Shown in pieces: positions 24,155 through 38,300 of a stretch of 64,000 nucleotides of DNA. The notes beneath the pieces were generated by a model. It searched no databases. It saw nothing but the letters and a program-made list of their open reading frames with translations, and was not told where the DNA came from. Both the position numbers and the translations under genes were made by a program. This stretch comes from Botryllus schlosseri (taxonomy: Eukaryota), in contig CM119372.1 in the NCBI GenBank assembly GCA_051294905.1, forward strand, positions 26,600,001 to 26,664,000, in the 5' to 3' direction. Each line of letters starts with the position of its first letter. The stretch's first letter is position 1.

Positions 24155-26063
24155 CACGGAAGGGCAACCTGTTGCTGTAGATGGGTATTTTTGCGGCCGT
24201 CGACAACTAATTCAATTGGTATGTGTTGACATCCGTCGACATGCAAATTGAAATTACGAATTCACTCCCAAATTTTTGAGAGATTTTAATTAATCTTGAA
24301 ATTTTTTTCACACCCCGCGCAATTCAACATAACTTAATTTTTCGATAATAATAGTAGCGCCTTTCTCACTCTTGAGCCGGAATCGGAATCGTGTGCTCCT
24401 CACGAAAGAAATTTGTTTATGGTACATTTGGGCGATTTTAATATATTTCTACTACCGATACAATCGACAATCCTGATCGGGGGTCAAGAAATAGCAGCAT
24501 GCAACCAAGTGACTTATAACATTTGGCCCACCCGAAGATGCATTATCATTTATAACTTGCCCTAAATTCTCAAAAGCTCTCCCTCAATGAACCCTACCGG
24601 TGTATCTAATCACATGGGCTAAGAGAGGATAAATATTTGTTAATAATATGTGATACTGCTACTATTAATTACGGAATTCATTGGTGAATCTGAAAAATCC
24701 CAGCATCTATTCATAACATTGCGACTCGCGATTTCGGTACGTACAAAAGGCTTTTGTTGAAAGTATAATAGTCCGAACTCCAGAGTTCACCGGCAATGGA
24801 TATGGACAGATTAACATAGGTATTTCGCGTCCAGTTAGTTCAGTGGTTCCCAACGTGGGCGATATCGAAGGGGGCGATAGGGGGGCGATGGCGCGTTGAA
24901 ATGGCTATATTGGCGTCGCGCTGCGCGCCATTTCGTGGTCACGTATTTCTTGCTTATTTGATACCCTTCCTTCAAGAAATTTTACGCATGAGGCATAGAA
25001 ATGGGCATCTCGGCGTCAGCCATTATCACTCCATGACGCACCAAGACATATGAAGTTTCAGGCCATGTAACATGCGACTCCGAGAAGTGTGTCAGAACAA
25101 GAAAATCTTGGCGGAAAAGGACCGCCTTTATGCTGACCGACTTCGATATATATACGATATACATATATATTTAATTGACCATTGGAACCTAAATGGCTGG
25201 CGCCAAATGTTCCATACCTGTCCAATCAGAACCCCGCAAAAATGCCATCTCGCAGAGAATAATTAATTGCCAGCGCAGAAATACCAATTTGAAATAGTGT
25301 GCGTATTTTAGTTTAGTACGTATGGGCGATCTGAATATCTTTTTACATAGCAGACAGGCCACGAAATGTCGTTACGTAACGAAGTCATTATACCCACGGG
25401 TCCGCCCGAATATGTTCAATTATTATTTACGGGCCCTACATTTTCCAAGACACCTCACTCAGCTTTACCGGTAAATCTGAATACATGACAATACATGACC
25501 AGAGAGAGGATAAAAAATTGACGGCAATATTTATGCAATTCTCGATCATATTGACCTATTCATTCATGAATAGTAGAAATTCTTCGCGCTTCGCGCGAAT
25601 TGAGCCCACCAACTAGAGAGTCCAGCGGTAAAGAGGTATCGGGGGAGTTGGGTCTGAGGGGTGCAGAAGTTTGCTTTATCGCCCTATGGAGGGGTCAAGA
25701 CCAACGTATTGGGGTGGGCTGACGAAGTGTTGTTACGGTCCTTTAGGAATCGAGTCGGAGAAATCACCTTTTGTGTTAGTTAACTCACCAAAATTTAGCT
25801 GGAAAAGTGTAATTTCGAGGTCGAGCCGAAAACTTGACCTTTTTTCTTAGTCAACTCACCGGTGATTTCAATCTGTATGCCCATTTCTGTGTTCCCAATA
25901 TTTGGGGGGCGATGATCGGTGTGGATTTTAAAAAGGGGGCGATGAGTCGAAAAAAGTTGGGAACCACTGAGTTAGTTCATTACGGCTATGCCCTGGAATG
26001 CGGCCTTAGGCTACATAAGTAATCGAAATGGGCCGTGATTAGCAAAAAGGTTGCCTACCTTTG
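24155..26063. mobile_element. hAT MITE, middle layer of the triple nest
   Basis: Diverged TIR CACGGAAGGGCAACC / GGTTGCCTACCTTTG. Perfect TSD TATTAGAT. Confidence 0.75.
24841..25969. mobile_element. hAT MITE, inner layer of the triple nest
   Basis: TIR CAGTGGTTCCCAAC at both ends. Perfect TSD AGTTAGTT. Confidence 0.88.
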
Positions 26064-28316
26064 TATTAGATGATGTGATCTTTTTGACATGACGAAAAGT
26101 GTAGGGGGGAGGGTCAAGGGGGCGCAATATTTTCGACCATCCCCAAGGGGGGCGCATGTCCAAAAAGGTTGAGAACCGCTGTTCTAATGGTAAATAAAAT
26201 TGTAGAACGTCTTAATCAACTGGCTGTCAAAATATTACAAAATCTACTTCATACATAGGCCTATATGGATGGCTTAGTAATATAATAAGATGTCCTGGGT
26301 GAAGGAATCACAATATAAAGATTAATTACACATGCGGGCCTACGATACGTCCGCATAGGCCGGATGCGCGTCATATGTATACAATAATCAAAACTATGAC
26401 TTAACAATGGATGTGTTTAGCCATTCCTAAATAATTTTGCTCTAATATGCGATGCCCGGGAGCCGGGAATTAGCCTCGAAAAAATCTCTATTGTAATCCC
26501 AGAACCAGTATTCACGTGAATGTCATGCGGCGCCCCGAGTTTTAAATTCGTGTGGGATGGCACAGTTTATGTTTACAGTTGAGAAGAGGCCTTCCAAATG
26601 ACCATGAGCAATCAAGGTTCAGGTGAGCTGACCGAATGCCTTTGGATGTATTGTATATGGAGACCGTTCAAATATACGTGGTAAGCAAACCCGGATTCTG
26701 TTCTGCAGGATAGAGGTTGTTGAGAGTTCACACTGCAAGTCACTCATTTATTGATTGACTGACAGACCTAGTCACTGAGTTTCCATTTAATTTTTTCATT
26801 AGCATTGCCGACTTTCGAATAGCATTGTCACCTTTCGACGTAACACGCGTCACAGCATGCAAACTCTCGAAGGCCTATATGACAACCACCTCGTTCAAAA
26901 CGTTGAAGCCGGAACTACCACGCGGAGGATGGAAACTTGAGTCATGTAGTACGAAGCATCTACGCAATTACAACTTCCTATAAGGTACATGCGTCGCTTG
27001 AACTGTAGTACGCCCGTATGAGCAATCGTAGCCCTCATGATAACCTTCCTTTATTGCCCCGAAAATGTCGCATCGCGGATGCTTGCACGCCACGTCGAGA
27101 TCTATGATTTTATGATAGTGCGCTCAGTTGCGCGACTTTGCTTAATTAAACATGCGTTATCTGGCATTCACTTGCGACGATATATGTCGACCAGAAATTA
27201 CGAACCCGGGAGTACGCCTGCACCGAGTTATTGAGCATGAGGAAGGACCTTAGATCGTGTGTTGTGGTCGGCTAGCCCAAGTCAAGCAACATGATTATCG
27301 GGCTTAAATCAAAATCTCTTTCTCTGATAGGAAAGTATAAAATTACAAGCAACGCAATGTAATTATTTCGGTTGATTCGATTCGATATTGAAAATATCCG
27401 ACTCGTGTACCCATACCCAACAGTCTGGACACAATTATTCGGTATCGATTGCAACGAATTGAGTACACAGCATCGACATTCGTATTTTTTCGAGCATTGC
27501 AATTACACTTGTTTTGATTAAGAATTAGCAACATGAATTATCATATCGTTTCAGAACTTACTTTTCAACTCGATTCTCCGCGCTGGTATCAGAGAATCTA
27601 AAGGCAGCAAATGCAAACATGTTCACGAAAATGTTATGTTTTTAGCGGCTTTCACTAACCAGCATCGCAGAATTCGCAAGTCGTAAGATCATGTTCTCCA
27701 CAGCTATATACGACAAATTTCTGATGAAATGTCAATGGGATAACTTTACTTTGCGGATGTATAACAAGGCTTAATTTTGACTAATTAATCGTTTTCTTGT
27801 CAAGAAATCCATAAACGATGATACTAGAATTGAATTAACCAGGGCGTTTCATTTAGATAAGCCTGAATAAACGCAAATCCGTATGTATCACTGATCACTG
27901 TATTTTCTCAAGATTTTGTCGCTGTTGTGTGTACGTGATGGTTTAACGGAAAGAGTCATGGATATCAATATCCTAATTTGCTTCGCATTACAGCAGAAGT
28001 AAGTATTTGATGATCAATTGATTTACAATACATGGCAGCCATATTAAACATTGTCGCCGTGTCGCAACCACAAAAGATTATTTTGGAATGGCGACACCTA
28101 ATGCTATACGAGTGCTAATTTCGAGTTTGGAGTCCAAGTGCCTATCTGGTAGTGGATCCTGCACGTACGACAAATGGGCGAAATTTATGGTAATTACAAC
28201 TACCACAACAAAATCATGGATATTTACACAATCATAAATTTTGGAATGTAGAACGTAGAACGTAGATTTTCTTTCTTTATATCGGTAAAATTTCAAAACA
28301 GCTGGGCAATATATAG

Positions 28317-29324
28317 TAGGGATGATGTGAACCTCTCAAAGGTTCAGGTTCGTGTGAACGCGAACCTTTCTGAAGTTTTCTGTGTGAACGCAAACGTGAA
28401 CCTCATGACGTCACATTACGTCGTATTGCTAATTCCAACCCTATACATTTCATTGAATTGATAGCATATATTAATGTACAGATTTTACACGATACCTAGC
28501 GACGACTCGGGTCACATAATGCAACAATGCTGAAGTACATACTGACGTTTTAAACGTCACCAAATGTATCGACTGGGGCAATCAAATGATATAATAATCC
28601 CATAAAATCAATATCTTCCCTCGCTTTGCCAGCAGTTCCGACGATGACTTGCAAGCGACTATATAAGCCTGTAACGCCTTGACGGTCCAGGCCAGACAGG
28701 ACAATGTATTCGGCGTATGAATATTGCTACGTTGATATTGAGCAGAGTGTAATACGGGTTTCTATACTTGCTACGGATATTACCCCATTAACAAGTCATA
28801 CAGTAGTAGACAACAACCAAATCGCACGGATCTGGTTTTTATGATACCATAAATATAAGAAGTCACAATTGACCCTGTACGCCTGCTAGATTTTTTACAT
28901 CAGACAACGATATCAATTTCATTGATTGCTTGAATAAGCATCATTCGCTGGCGTCATGTAGTGTATTTCGCTTTGGTGTTGTGTGATTGCGGGTCATGCT
29001 CACAGCAGAGAGTCACTAAATATTCACAAACGGAAAGCCGGATATTTCGAGCAAACTTTTGTAACAAAGCAAGTAAAATGTTTGAGATTGTCAACGTGCA
29101 TGCTCGTTTAGGGCTGATGCTGGCAGCGCCATGCATAGAGAGGCCCGCAGTTGAAATTCAATAAATTTCAATCGAAGATGTTAAAATGAAGTGAAAATTG
29201 TAATATATAAAAAAAAGGTTCACAGTGCAGAACCTACCAAGGTTCGTATGTGAACGTGAACTTATAAATTTCTGAGGTTCATACACAGAACGCGAACGTG
29301 AACCTCACGTTCACACCATCCCTA
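28317..29324 (+). mobile_element. ~1-kb hAT-like non-autonomous element (TAGGGATGGTG family), copy 1
   Basis: TIR TAGGGATGATGTGAAC / GTTCACACCATCCCTA. GTGAACGCGAACC subterminal repeats. TSD ATATATAG/GTGTATAG. Confidence 0.85.
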
Positions 29325-30077
29325 GTGTATAGGTACTTTATCACGACTCTCGTATAATGAACTGGGAATGGCATCTGGAAACTGTTCCAGGCTATTGAAC
29401 AGCAGCATCACGTGCTAACTCACAAGATTTATATACGTATCAACCGGGACCTACGATAACTAATCGCAGACCCGGTATCTTAGGGCCAGGTATCAACATA
29501 GCAATGATTTGTAGTAGCCCATGAAATGCGCCATCGTTGCATTAGTTCATGGTTCCCTGTTCAGTACACTGTACTGTGTCATTTTACAGCAATTCGTACA
29601 AATATAGCGCCATCCATATTGGCGACTATAGTTCGGGCACATCTTGGTGCTCTTACGTCCAAAACTATCTTCAAGTCATCCACACCAAAATAGATATTAA
29701 GTAATTCGTCGGATATTCATATACAAATACCAGAACAATCAATGACATTGCGATATTTTGATAGCACAACATGCGCTTGACACAAAACCCCGAGTAGCAC
29801 TGTTATGGTAACCGTTTATTTAAACGCCGTGTTGGGCTCCCAATCGCATTATTTTTCCTGTCTCGTTAATCACATCGATATATCAAACATTAACAATGTC
29901 TCAAGTGGTCTAGATTGGAGGATAACGATTGCTATTCACAACGCATGCTAATGTCAGCGTAAGTGACATCCGACAAGAACCATTATTTGCTTACCATTAT
30001 GGAGTTCCTATTTGCTACCTTTACGATCAGCATACATTTGCTGCCATCCGAGCAAAACATCGAATATCAAAACAGTG

Positions 30078-30209
30078 ATGCATTCAAAATAGCAAGTTCG
30101 GCTCGGGGTTTGGGGTTAGGTTAGCTTTTGTTACGATTAGGGCCGTAGGGGGAAGGTCAGGGTTACTTTGAACGAATCTCTACCTTGATACTTGTTACTT
30201 TGAGGCATA
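30078..30209. repeat. Small MITE-like element with a degenerate GGTTAG/telomere-like core
   Basis: Imperfect inverted ends ATGCATTCAAAATAGCAAGT / ACTTGTTACTTTGAGGCAT around GGGGTTTGGGGTTAGGTTAG...ATTAGGG...GTCAGGGTTA. Confidence 0.45.
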
Positions 30210-30326
30210 TTTGTCGTGTCATAAAACATCCTATCGCTTGAAAATCCTATGTGCAAATCAAAATCAAGCTGTTAAAGTGCCCCACCACACTGAAACCACA
30301 ATGCCAATGATATTTGCCAGTCAATA

Positions 30327-31317
30327 GAGGGATGGTGTGAACCTCTGAAAGGTTCAGGTTCGTGTGAACGCGAACCTTTTTGAAAGGTTCTGTGTGAACA
30401 CGAACGTGAACCTCGTGACGTCACGTGACGTCATATTGCTAGTTTCATCTCTATCTTTCAATGAAGCGATAACCTATATTAATGTACACGATACCTAGCG
30501 ACGACTCGGGCCACATAAGGCCACAATGCTGACGTACATATTGGCGTTTTAAACGCCGCTAAATGTATCAACTGAGGTAATGAAAGGATATAATACTCCC
30601 ATAAAATAGATATCTTCCGTCGCTTTGCCAACAATTTCGACGAGGACTTTCGGAGAAATATAAGCTTACGCCTTAAAGGTCTAGGCCAGACTTGACAATG
30701 TATTCGGCGTCTGGGTATTGCTACATTGATATTGAGCAGAGTGTAAAATGGGTTTCTATACTTGCTACCGATATTACCCCATTAACAAGTTCTACAGCAG
30801 TAGCCAACACCTCAATCGCACGGATTTGGTTTTAATGATGCAGTAAAGATATGAAATCAAGATTGACCCCGTACGCCTGCTAGATTTTTTGCATCAGAAA
30901 ACGATATCAATCTCATTGATTGGTTGAATAAGCATCATTCGCTGACTACGTATTCGGCTCGTGATGTTGTGTGATTGCGGCTCAAGCTCACGGCAGAGTG
31001 TCACTAAATATCCACAAACGGAAAGCTGGATATTTCGAGCAAACTTTTGTAACAAAGCAAGTAAAACTTTTGAGATTGTCAAGGTGCATGCTCGTTTAGT
31101 GTTGATTTTTAATGCTGCCAGCGCCATACATTGAGTGGCCCGCAGTTGAAATGTAATAAATTTGAACCAAAGATGTTACAATGGAGTTAAAATTGTAATT
31201 TATGAAAAAGGTTCACAGTGCAGAACCTACCGAGGTTCTGTTGTGAACGCGAACCTCTAAATTTCCGAGGTTCACACACAGAACGCGAACGTGAACCTCG
31301 CGTTCACACCATCCCTA
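30327..31317 (+). mobile_element. ~1-kb hAT-like non-autonomous element, copy 2
   Basis: Colinear with 28317-29324 over its full length, same TIR. Flanks AGTCAATA / (G)ACTCAATA. Confidence 0.85.
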
Positions 31318-31973
31318 GACTCAATACCCATAAACCGTGCCGCCTATAATGCCGTGGCGGAGAGTTCTTAGGAGTATTAATTTGTCGCATACATGTAGCG
31401 TGGCACGACGAGACATATCTAACGAACGTTAACTCCGAATCCGAGTAAAAATGATGCTAAAATGATAATATGATTACCGAAATCGAGTTCCGTATCCCAT
31501 AGGGCTCTGGGTATCAACAATCCCCTGGGATATGACCAAGTTTGATAGCGACGTGATTGTGCTAACGAGGTGGCGTTCAATCCATTACGCAGACGCGCGA
31601 AACATATGTGCTAAAGTCCCATCATATTAAATTAATCGATACATGCCATGAGTTTGCTTGCTTCAGCCCCACCGCCCTAAAATATGACACAAAACCATAC
31701 ACGATGAATATGCACATTGCACAATGCCAGGCACAATAATACGTCGAGAATAAGGATCCAGCTTACTAAATGTAGAGTTTTATTTGTGCAATTGCGTATT
31801 TCTTCGACCTACTTATGGCTTCCAACCGTGAAATTAGACTTTATACACAATCATACATTGACTTGCATTCACATTGTTTTTACGGGATACGCCATAACAT
31901 GCATGTAAATTGCGATGGATCTTTGATTTGACTTGCGCAAGTCCACCGGTTATTGCCCACTATCATTCTAAAC

Positions 31974-32866
31974 CAGGGGTCGCCAACTCAAAACGGGTCG
32001 CGGGCCACTTTTCAAATTTCGTAGAGGCCGCGGGCCGCACGAATTCGATATCGATCTAAAATAGGCAACCACGTTCTAAAACTCTACGTCAGTACGACGC
32101 TGAGCTATTTTGAACTGTGAGCTGTGCACGATACGTGGAAACGCTTTTCAGCGACTAAGGAGTCGATATTGGGACTAGGGAGATCCGTTACTAGCTGACA
32201 TACCATCTCCACGTAAAGTTTGATCTTGTGGGAAAGCCCTAAGCCAGTGGTTCTCTAACTTTTTTAGACACGCCCCCCCTTTATGATACTGAAAAATCGT
32301 CATATCACAAAATGCAACCAGGAAGCTAGCAATCCCAACGGCTAGTTTGATGGCATGGAAGGTTATGATTGATGATGAGAGAGCTCTATAAGATGAATTC
32401 CGGCCTATACACAGAGCAATAACGATGAATTAGAGGTAAAACGCGCGCGAAGCGCGAAAAAATTTTCAGTTGAGCGCAGCTCCGCCTCCCCTTCTGATGC
32501 TTTCGCGTTCCCCAGTTTGTACACCACTGCCCTGAGCCGTTTTCTATGCGTCTTGGTCTTGGCGGTGTTTGGGCCATTGCAAGTCAAGGCAATATGCCCA
32601 ATTGCCCATTCATATCAGCTGATTCTCCCTCGATGGAATGCTGTTGCCATCACCAGAGCCGTTTTGGCTAGTGACGAATAGTGATGTTGGGCACAGGAGA
32701 ATAGCTTATTTTGAAACAACACAAAACAAGTTGAGACTGTAGTCAATTTTAGCATTTCAAATTGGTTTTCTTAGTTTTTTTCTGAAATCTCAAATCAGGT
32801 CGCGGGCCGCAGAACATGACTTGGCGGGCCGCATGCGGCCCGCGGGCCGCGTGTTGGAGACCCCTG
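31974..32866. mobile_element. hAT-Charlie-like MITE with a nested MITE at 32245-32529
   Basis: Outer TIR CAGGGGTCGCCAAC / GTTGGAGACCCCTG, perfect TSD TTCTAAAC. Inner CAGTGG...CCACTG with TSD CCCTAAGC/CCCTGAGC. Confidence 0.87.
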
Positions 32867-34302
32867 TTCTAAACAGATATGGCAGAAACTACGCAGTACC
32901 CGCAAAGGCGCAATATACGTATTGCTTTTAGATCGATTCTTAGAATATTCTGATTTTACGTTCGAAAAGACCTGTTTCAATAAGATGAGCCCGAATCCAA
33001 TTGGGCTGCATCAAAACTGATTCAAGACGAATTCGTATCATTGATTCGTCTTGTCCATGCTATTAATTCACGATTTGTAAGAGCAGAAGATGAGATATGA
33101 CCCTACATTGCACAATTGTACAATGTACGTACACTGTACAGTGTTCAAGTCATTCGCAACCGGCTAAAAGTCGGGAAGCACAATGCGATTACGTGACGGA
33201 TCATTCGATAACAAAATTTATTACTCCTAATATTGTTGGCAACATGCGCACTGCACTGTACGAAAACGCTGGCGTGCATACACTGCAGAAACTGAAGTGT
33301 CACGCTTTGGCGAGAATTGGTAGGCCTACGTGAATGGGATCGTGCAAATAATGCACGTTTAAACGTCACGATGTTTTTCTTGATGGAGCCAAGCACTACA
33401 TATTGCTAAACATAAATGTAAATTTGATATCATCAAAAACACAAGTTGTCAAATCAAACATCGCTATTGTCTAAGGAAGGGTAGTAGTAGGAAACAGATA
33501 CATTTATGTCATATATGTATTATACATGTGTGCAGATGAAGGATTGTGTGCGTGGGGGAGGGGTAAACTTATTCCAGAGAGAATACAACGGCAAAACTAA
33601 ATTATGACATGACAATAATGAGTTGCGTCGCCGATTAAGGACGATATACCCATTTATCGAAGTCGTAGAATGGAATGTCGACGTTGTACAACGTACACTT
33701 GGGCATGGCGCCCATTATTCTGTTTAAATGCTGTTGCGAGGTTTCGACACAAAAAAAAAACTCCGAGAAATTCTGCTTTCAAATTTCCCTTGACGTTCTT
33801 TAGCGCGTTTTAAAAATAGATGCTTTTACATCTACTGGACCGAGGGTTCTTAACGTTGGGTCCATGAAAGGTCAATATTGAAATTACAACTGTAAAACTA
33901 CATAATACTTTATAACATCTGTCCTTACTCTTGACTTGTGTCCTTATCAGTCTTATTTTCAGGGCAGGTCGCTAGCGAAAGTGACGACCCGTTTTAGTCA
34001 TCATATGGCATTTTCAGATAACAAATAGACCAGATCGCAGTATGCAGTGCCATGAACAGAACTTGTCGGAAGTGACAAAATTTTCTTAGTCATCAGCTTT
34101 CCAAATGTCGTGGTAAGGGTGGCCACGCTATCACCCATGAGAAAATTTAAGGGTAATATATCGATAAAACATTAAGAAACATTGTTCGAGAGTGTCCGCT
34201 ATCCAATTCGAAAACCCATTCGTGATAGCAGTAATTACGAAACATACAAGTCACGTTTACCATCATATAAAGTATCGGCTATATATCAACAAAAATTTAG
34301 AC

Positions 34303-34723
34303 CAGTGGTCATCAACGCGGGCGATATCCCACCCCCAAACCCCTAGTACGCTATTTTAAGAAACAAGGGAACGAGATTACCAAAGTGGACGACAGAGGGG
34401 GGCGATGGGGAGGGCGAAAATGTTAGAAGGTCCAGTGAGATATATTGAATTAACACGGCCAGAAAAATGCACGCGGAGACGGCTTACTCGGCATGTGACG
34501 CGTAAAGAAGGCCCCCTCAACATGAAGTAGAGGCGGGAAACCGATTTTCCAAGCACCTGCCACCTCGAAAAAATGGCCTTTTTAGTCATCAGCGATCAGA
34601 GTTAGGTGAATATATTATTCGATTATATGTCCTCTTCTTCGAATCTGTAAATATGGGGGGGGGCAGAAATTTGAGTACACATTGATAAGGGAGCGATGAG
34701 TCGAAAAAGTTTGGGAACCACTG
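34303..34723 (+). mobile_element. hAT MITE (family also at 38788 and 51281)
   Basis: CAGTGGTCATCAAC...GTTTGGGAACCACTG. TSD ATTTAGAC/ATCTAGAC. Confidence 0.82.
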
Positions 34724-35379
34724 ATCTAGACACTGCGACAGGCAACTTTGCAAGTTACGTCTTCTGTGACAGCATATATGCGATGCCAGACCCCAATGAC
34801 CGAGCAAGCCATGGTTTGTGCGTAAACACATACACTTACACACTATACATCGCACAGCTGGCTTATGTTTCAACCACATCTAAAGTCGGTTCTAACGGAA
34901 TACGGTACTGATATCTCCATTAAACAGGCGTATAACAAAACAAATGCCCCCTACATGCATAGTTGAAAGGTATGTAGTAAACACATGATGTGAGATTATA
35001 ATTAACCCCAACGACTTATCTTGTTTGTCTTTGTACCCATATTAAGAGGACGGTGTACCTATTAATTGAGCGAGTACTATTTAGCCGTTAGCTCAGATTT
35101 CCTGCAAACGCATCACCACCAAAAATATCAATATGACTCTCCATATAATGCATCACTTTCAGTATACTGTTTCGACCCGACCTACTTAATAGACTGCCGA
35201 AGGTTAGTGTTTGGGATTCCTATTCGTGTGGCATGATACTTTCCTAAGTGTATTACTTTGAGTAGCCAATGTAGCCAAACGATATCCTCTATAAAACTGT
35301 CCACGTATATGACCATGACCAGGTGCCTTAAACACGTACTCAAGCACAATTTAGTCTAGAGACAATCAGCGCCAATTCA

Positions 35380-38300
35380 AGTGGATACATAAAACGACGG
35401 TTTCAATTTTACAGCTTGGAAATTCCGACACAAAAATGTCCATACCTTCGTTTTTACAACACAACATGACAGCTTCCAACTTTCAAACACGAATTCGAAA
35501 CTAGTAGTGACTCGACTAATAGCTCTAATAGCTTCCGGGGCAGTTACAAGCGACCTATGTCGCGTATTGAAATGACCAAATGCGCCCATTAAAACGATGC
35601 GCACCGGTTCCTGAAGTAGTTAGCATAGCAAGTTAGGAAGTCAATTCGTCTCTTACAACAGCTGCTCGATTACGAGAAGAAGTTTATAAAAAAGTAGGTA
35701 ACTTAGTGGCCAGTGGAGTGGATGTATCGCCGACTCAATGGAGAATACAGCTCGAGGCTGCAATGACTTGATTCGCGATGGGCAAAATTGAAATATACGT
35801 CCGACTCCAATATCCTCTCTGAATTTAATTGAATCACTATTTTTTAAATATTTTTCAATAACTGTATTGAACATACTTTCATGTGTAGTTTCTTCGTACT
35901 TTTAAATGATCTATATGCTTGTGATCGACCCGCGCGTTTCAGCTGACGAGATTATTGGGGAACTTTCAATGATAACCGTTTTGTCCAATGGAAAGAAAAT
36001 AAAACTATGAGTTTTACTAAAGGTCGAGATCGAAGCATCGAAGTTATCTGTTCGATATTCGAAGATCTGATTCGTATCACCAATTTCTAATAGTGACCAC
36101 ATTTGGCGAGTATAATTCGCTTTGAAAATTGCTTTCGAAGAACATCAAAGAGCATCAGATCGGTATTCGGGTATCCTTGGCCACACCAGCGGGTTCTATT
36201 GATTCAAAGACGTGAAATGACAGGTCACCCAGTCAACACGTGTAGGAAGTTGACATTTTCGGTAAACTGATACCGTGCAGACACGCATTGACACGTATAC
36301 ATATAGTCGCAGTGGTATCAAGGTAGTATGTCCATTTTACACATTTTGAGAAAATGAACTTTACGTGAAGTGTTCCTCTTATTGCAGCCATATATTGGCC
36401 TCGGTTAACTTTGTAACACTGATACAGACATAACAACGGCCAAGATATGACCTAAAAAAATACAAACATTTTCGAAAAATTGATTTTTTTTTTCAAGTCT
36501 CAAAAATGGACCTTCAAATTTTAAAAACTGGACATACGGTAAGCTACTTTGATACCACTGCGACGATATACCAATGTGTGCGATTCCGGTTCGATATCGC
36601 TACTATCTCACATCGCAGATAGTATATAGTCCACACTGTCCGGAGACGTATAATAATTGTTTAAAGTTTATGTGACAATAGAGAATAAAAATAAATGCCG
36701 TTGTTAGTGCTACTCGGAATAAGCCAGCCCTCACTGTCATTGGTCAAATCAAAATCCTCTATTTTCCTCAATGAGATGGTATGCAGGGATTATGCAGGAA
36801 AACGAGAATCCGTGTAATAATATCCAGCCTGTTTACCGCGTATGACAGACGTGCATGTGGTGCTTGGTTGTTCGCGACGTTAGTGTATGTGGCCATTATA
36901 CTATTAACCTTTACATCACTGTGATTACAATAAATCAGGTGGCATATATTACGGATACATATTTGCAAAGAATAATATCCCCTTGATATTATCTTTTAAA
37001 ATGCATTTGTCTTTTTACGTAGTTTGGATTCTATAGCCGTGATGCCAATCTGATCTTTTAATCCCCAACACAATAATCGTTCCCTTGAAGTATAGCTTTA
37101 GAAAATAAATGGACAGCTTAGTATTTTCTAATCGAAATCCTGCCTTCATTCCCAAACCGATAAGAAAGAACAGGAATACTCTAGTATCTATACTTCAACC
37201 GCTTTTGAGAGTGGTGTACATTTGGAAGTCACTTCATCTCTGTGCAGTTAGTCATGTCAAATCACAAACATCCACAGTCCCGCAATCAAGAAATTGCCCG
37301 TTAAAATAGATTGGGATGTATTTGCACAGTTTTTGTGATGGAAATCGCCATAACTATCGGACACTATCATGTATTTCGTGTATAATTGAAATCAATTTTA
37401 GTTCCACTATCCATTCTGCGTCAGTTCCAGCGATGCATCTTATTTGAAGTATTTGTTTCAAATCATTAGATTACTGCATCTGAAATTGTCTTAGCTTCTA
37501 CTTGCGTAGAGATTGCCAGATACCAACATTGTCTATCCTTCTAATTCAGAAGAATAGATGACTATAACTCGACCCCCTTTGATCCGAACGCAAGATTGAC
37601 AAACGATATCTGATTTTTAATGGCAGACGCAATGTAAACCGTAGAGTATACAGTTCATCATGGAAATTAAGACAGATATAACCGAGATATGTGTACATTT
37701 TGTCCGAAGACTCTGCGTCTTTAACAGTATTTACGATTCAATTATTGATCTTCAGTGATCAAACATTTATAACAAACGCGACTAGAAAAAAACGTCCGTT
37801 AATAAATGACTGTACGGTCCGGTTTTAATTAGGTGGATATGTACGTTGTCGGGGACATGTAGTATTAACACTGCGACTGTGCTGTATCGGTTGCTTCAAG
37901 TACGCATTAAAACGTTCATGTTTAGCTGGAACGCGCATCAAAGAACATCAACGCATGTGGCGTGTTTATCATTCTCAACTTGAAGTAAAATACAAACATT
38001 TCAGCTACACACTGATAGCATATGATTGCGCCAATTCTGCCCATTCAATACAATCGCATACCCAGTTTGGACTTGCCTTTGCCGCAACATCTCATAATAT
38101 CTCAGCGCATTGAAGACTATTAGAGGATGTGATTTACTCAGTCTATACAACGAATCCAGCATTAGACATACTTTAAGTAGTGCAGAGATCAAATAAAGCT
38201 CAGGATTTAGGATTATCACTGGACAAGAATCCGGAACACTCAAACACAATATCAGTTTGAGATATTGCGAATGACATTTTTGAAATTGCAAAGGGGTGGG

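Larger units (their letters stand above)
23449..26181. mobile_element. hAT MITE, outer layer of a triple nest
   Basis: TIR CAGGGGTTCTCAACCT / AGGTTGAGAACCGCTG. Perfect TSD TTCTAATG. Confidence 0.87.

Noticed and set aside
28954..31127. Similar short ORFs (KRACTLTIS...ALLQKFARNI) suggesting a duplicated gene
   Set aside because: The similarity comes from two copies of the same non-autonomous transposon.
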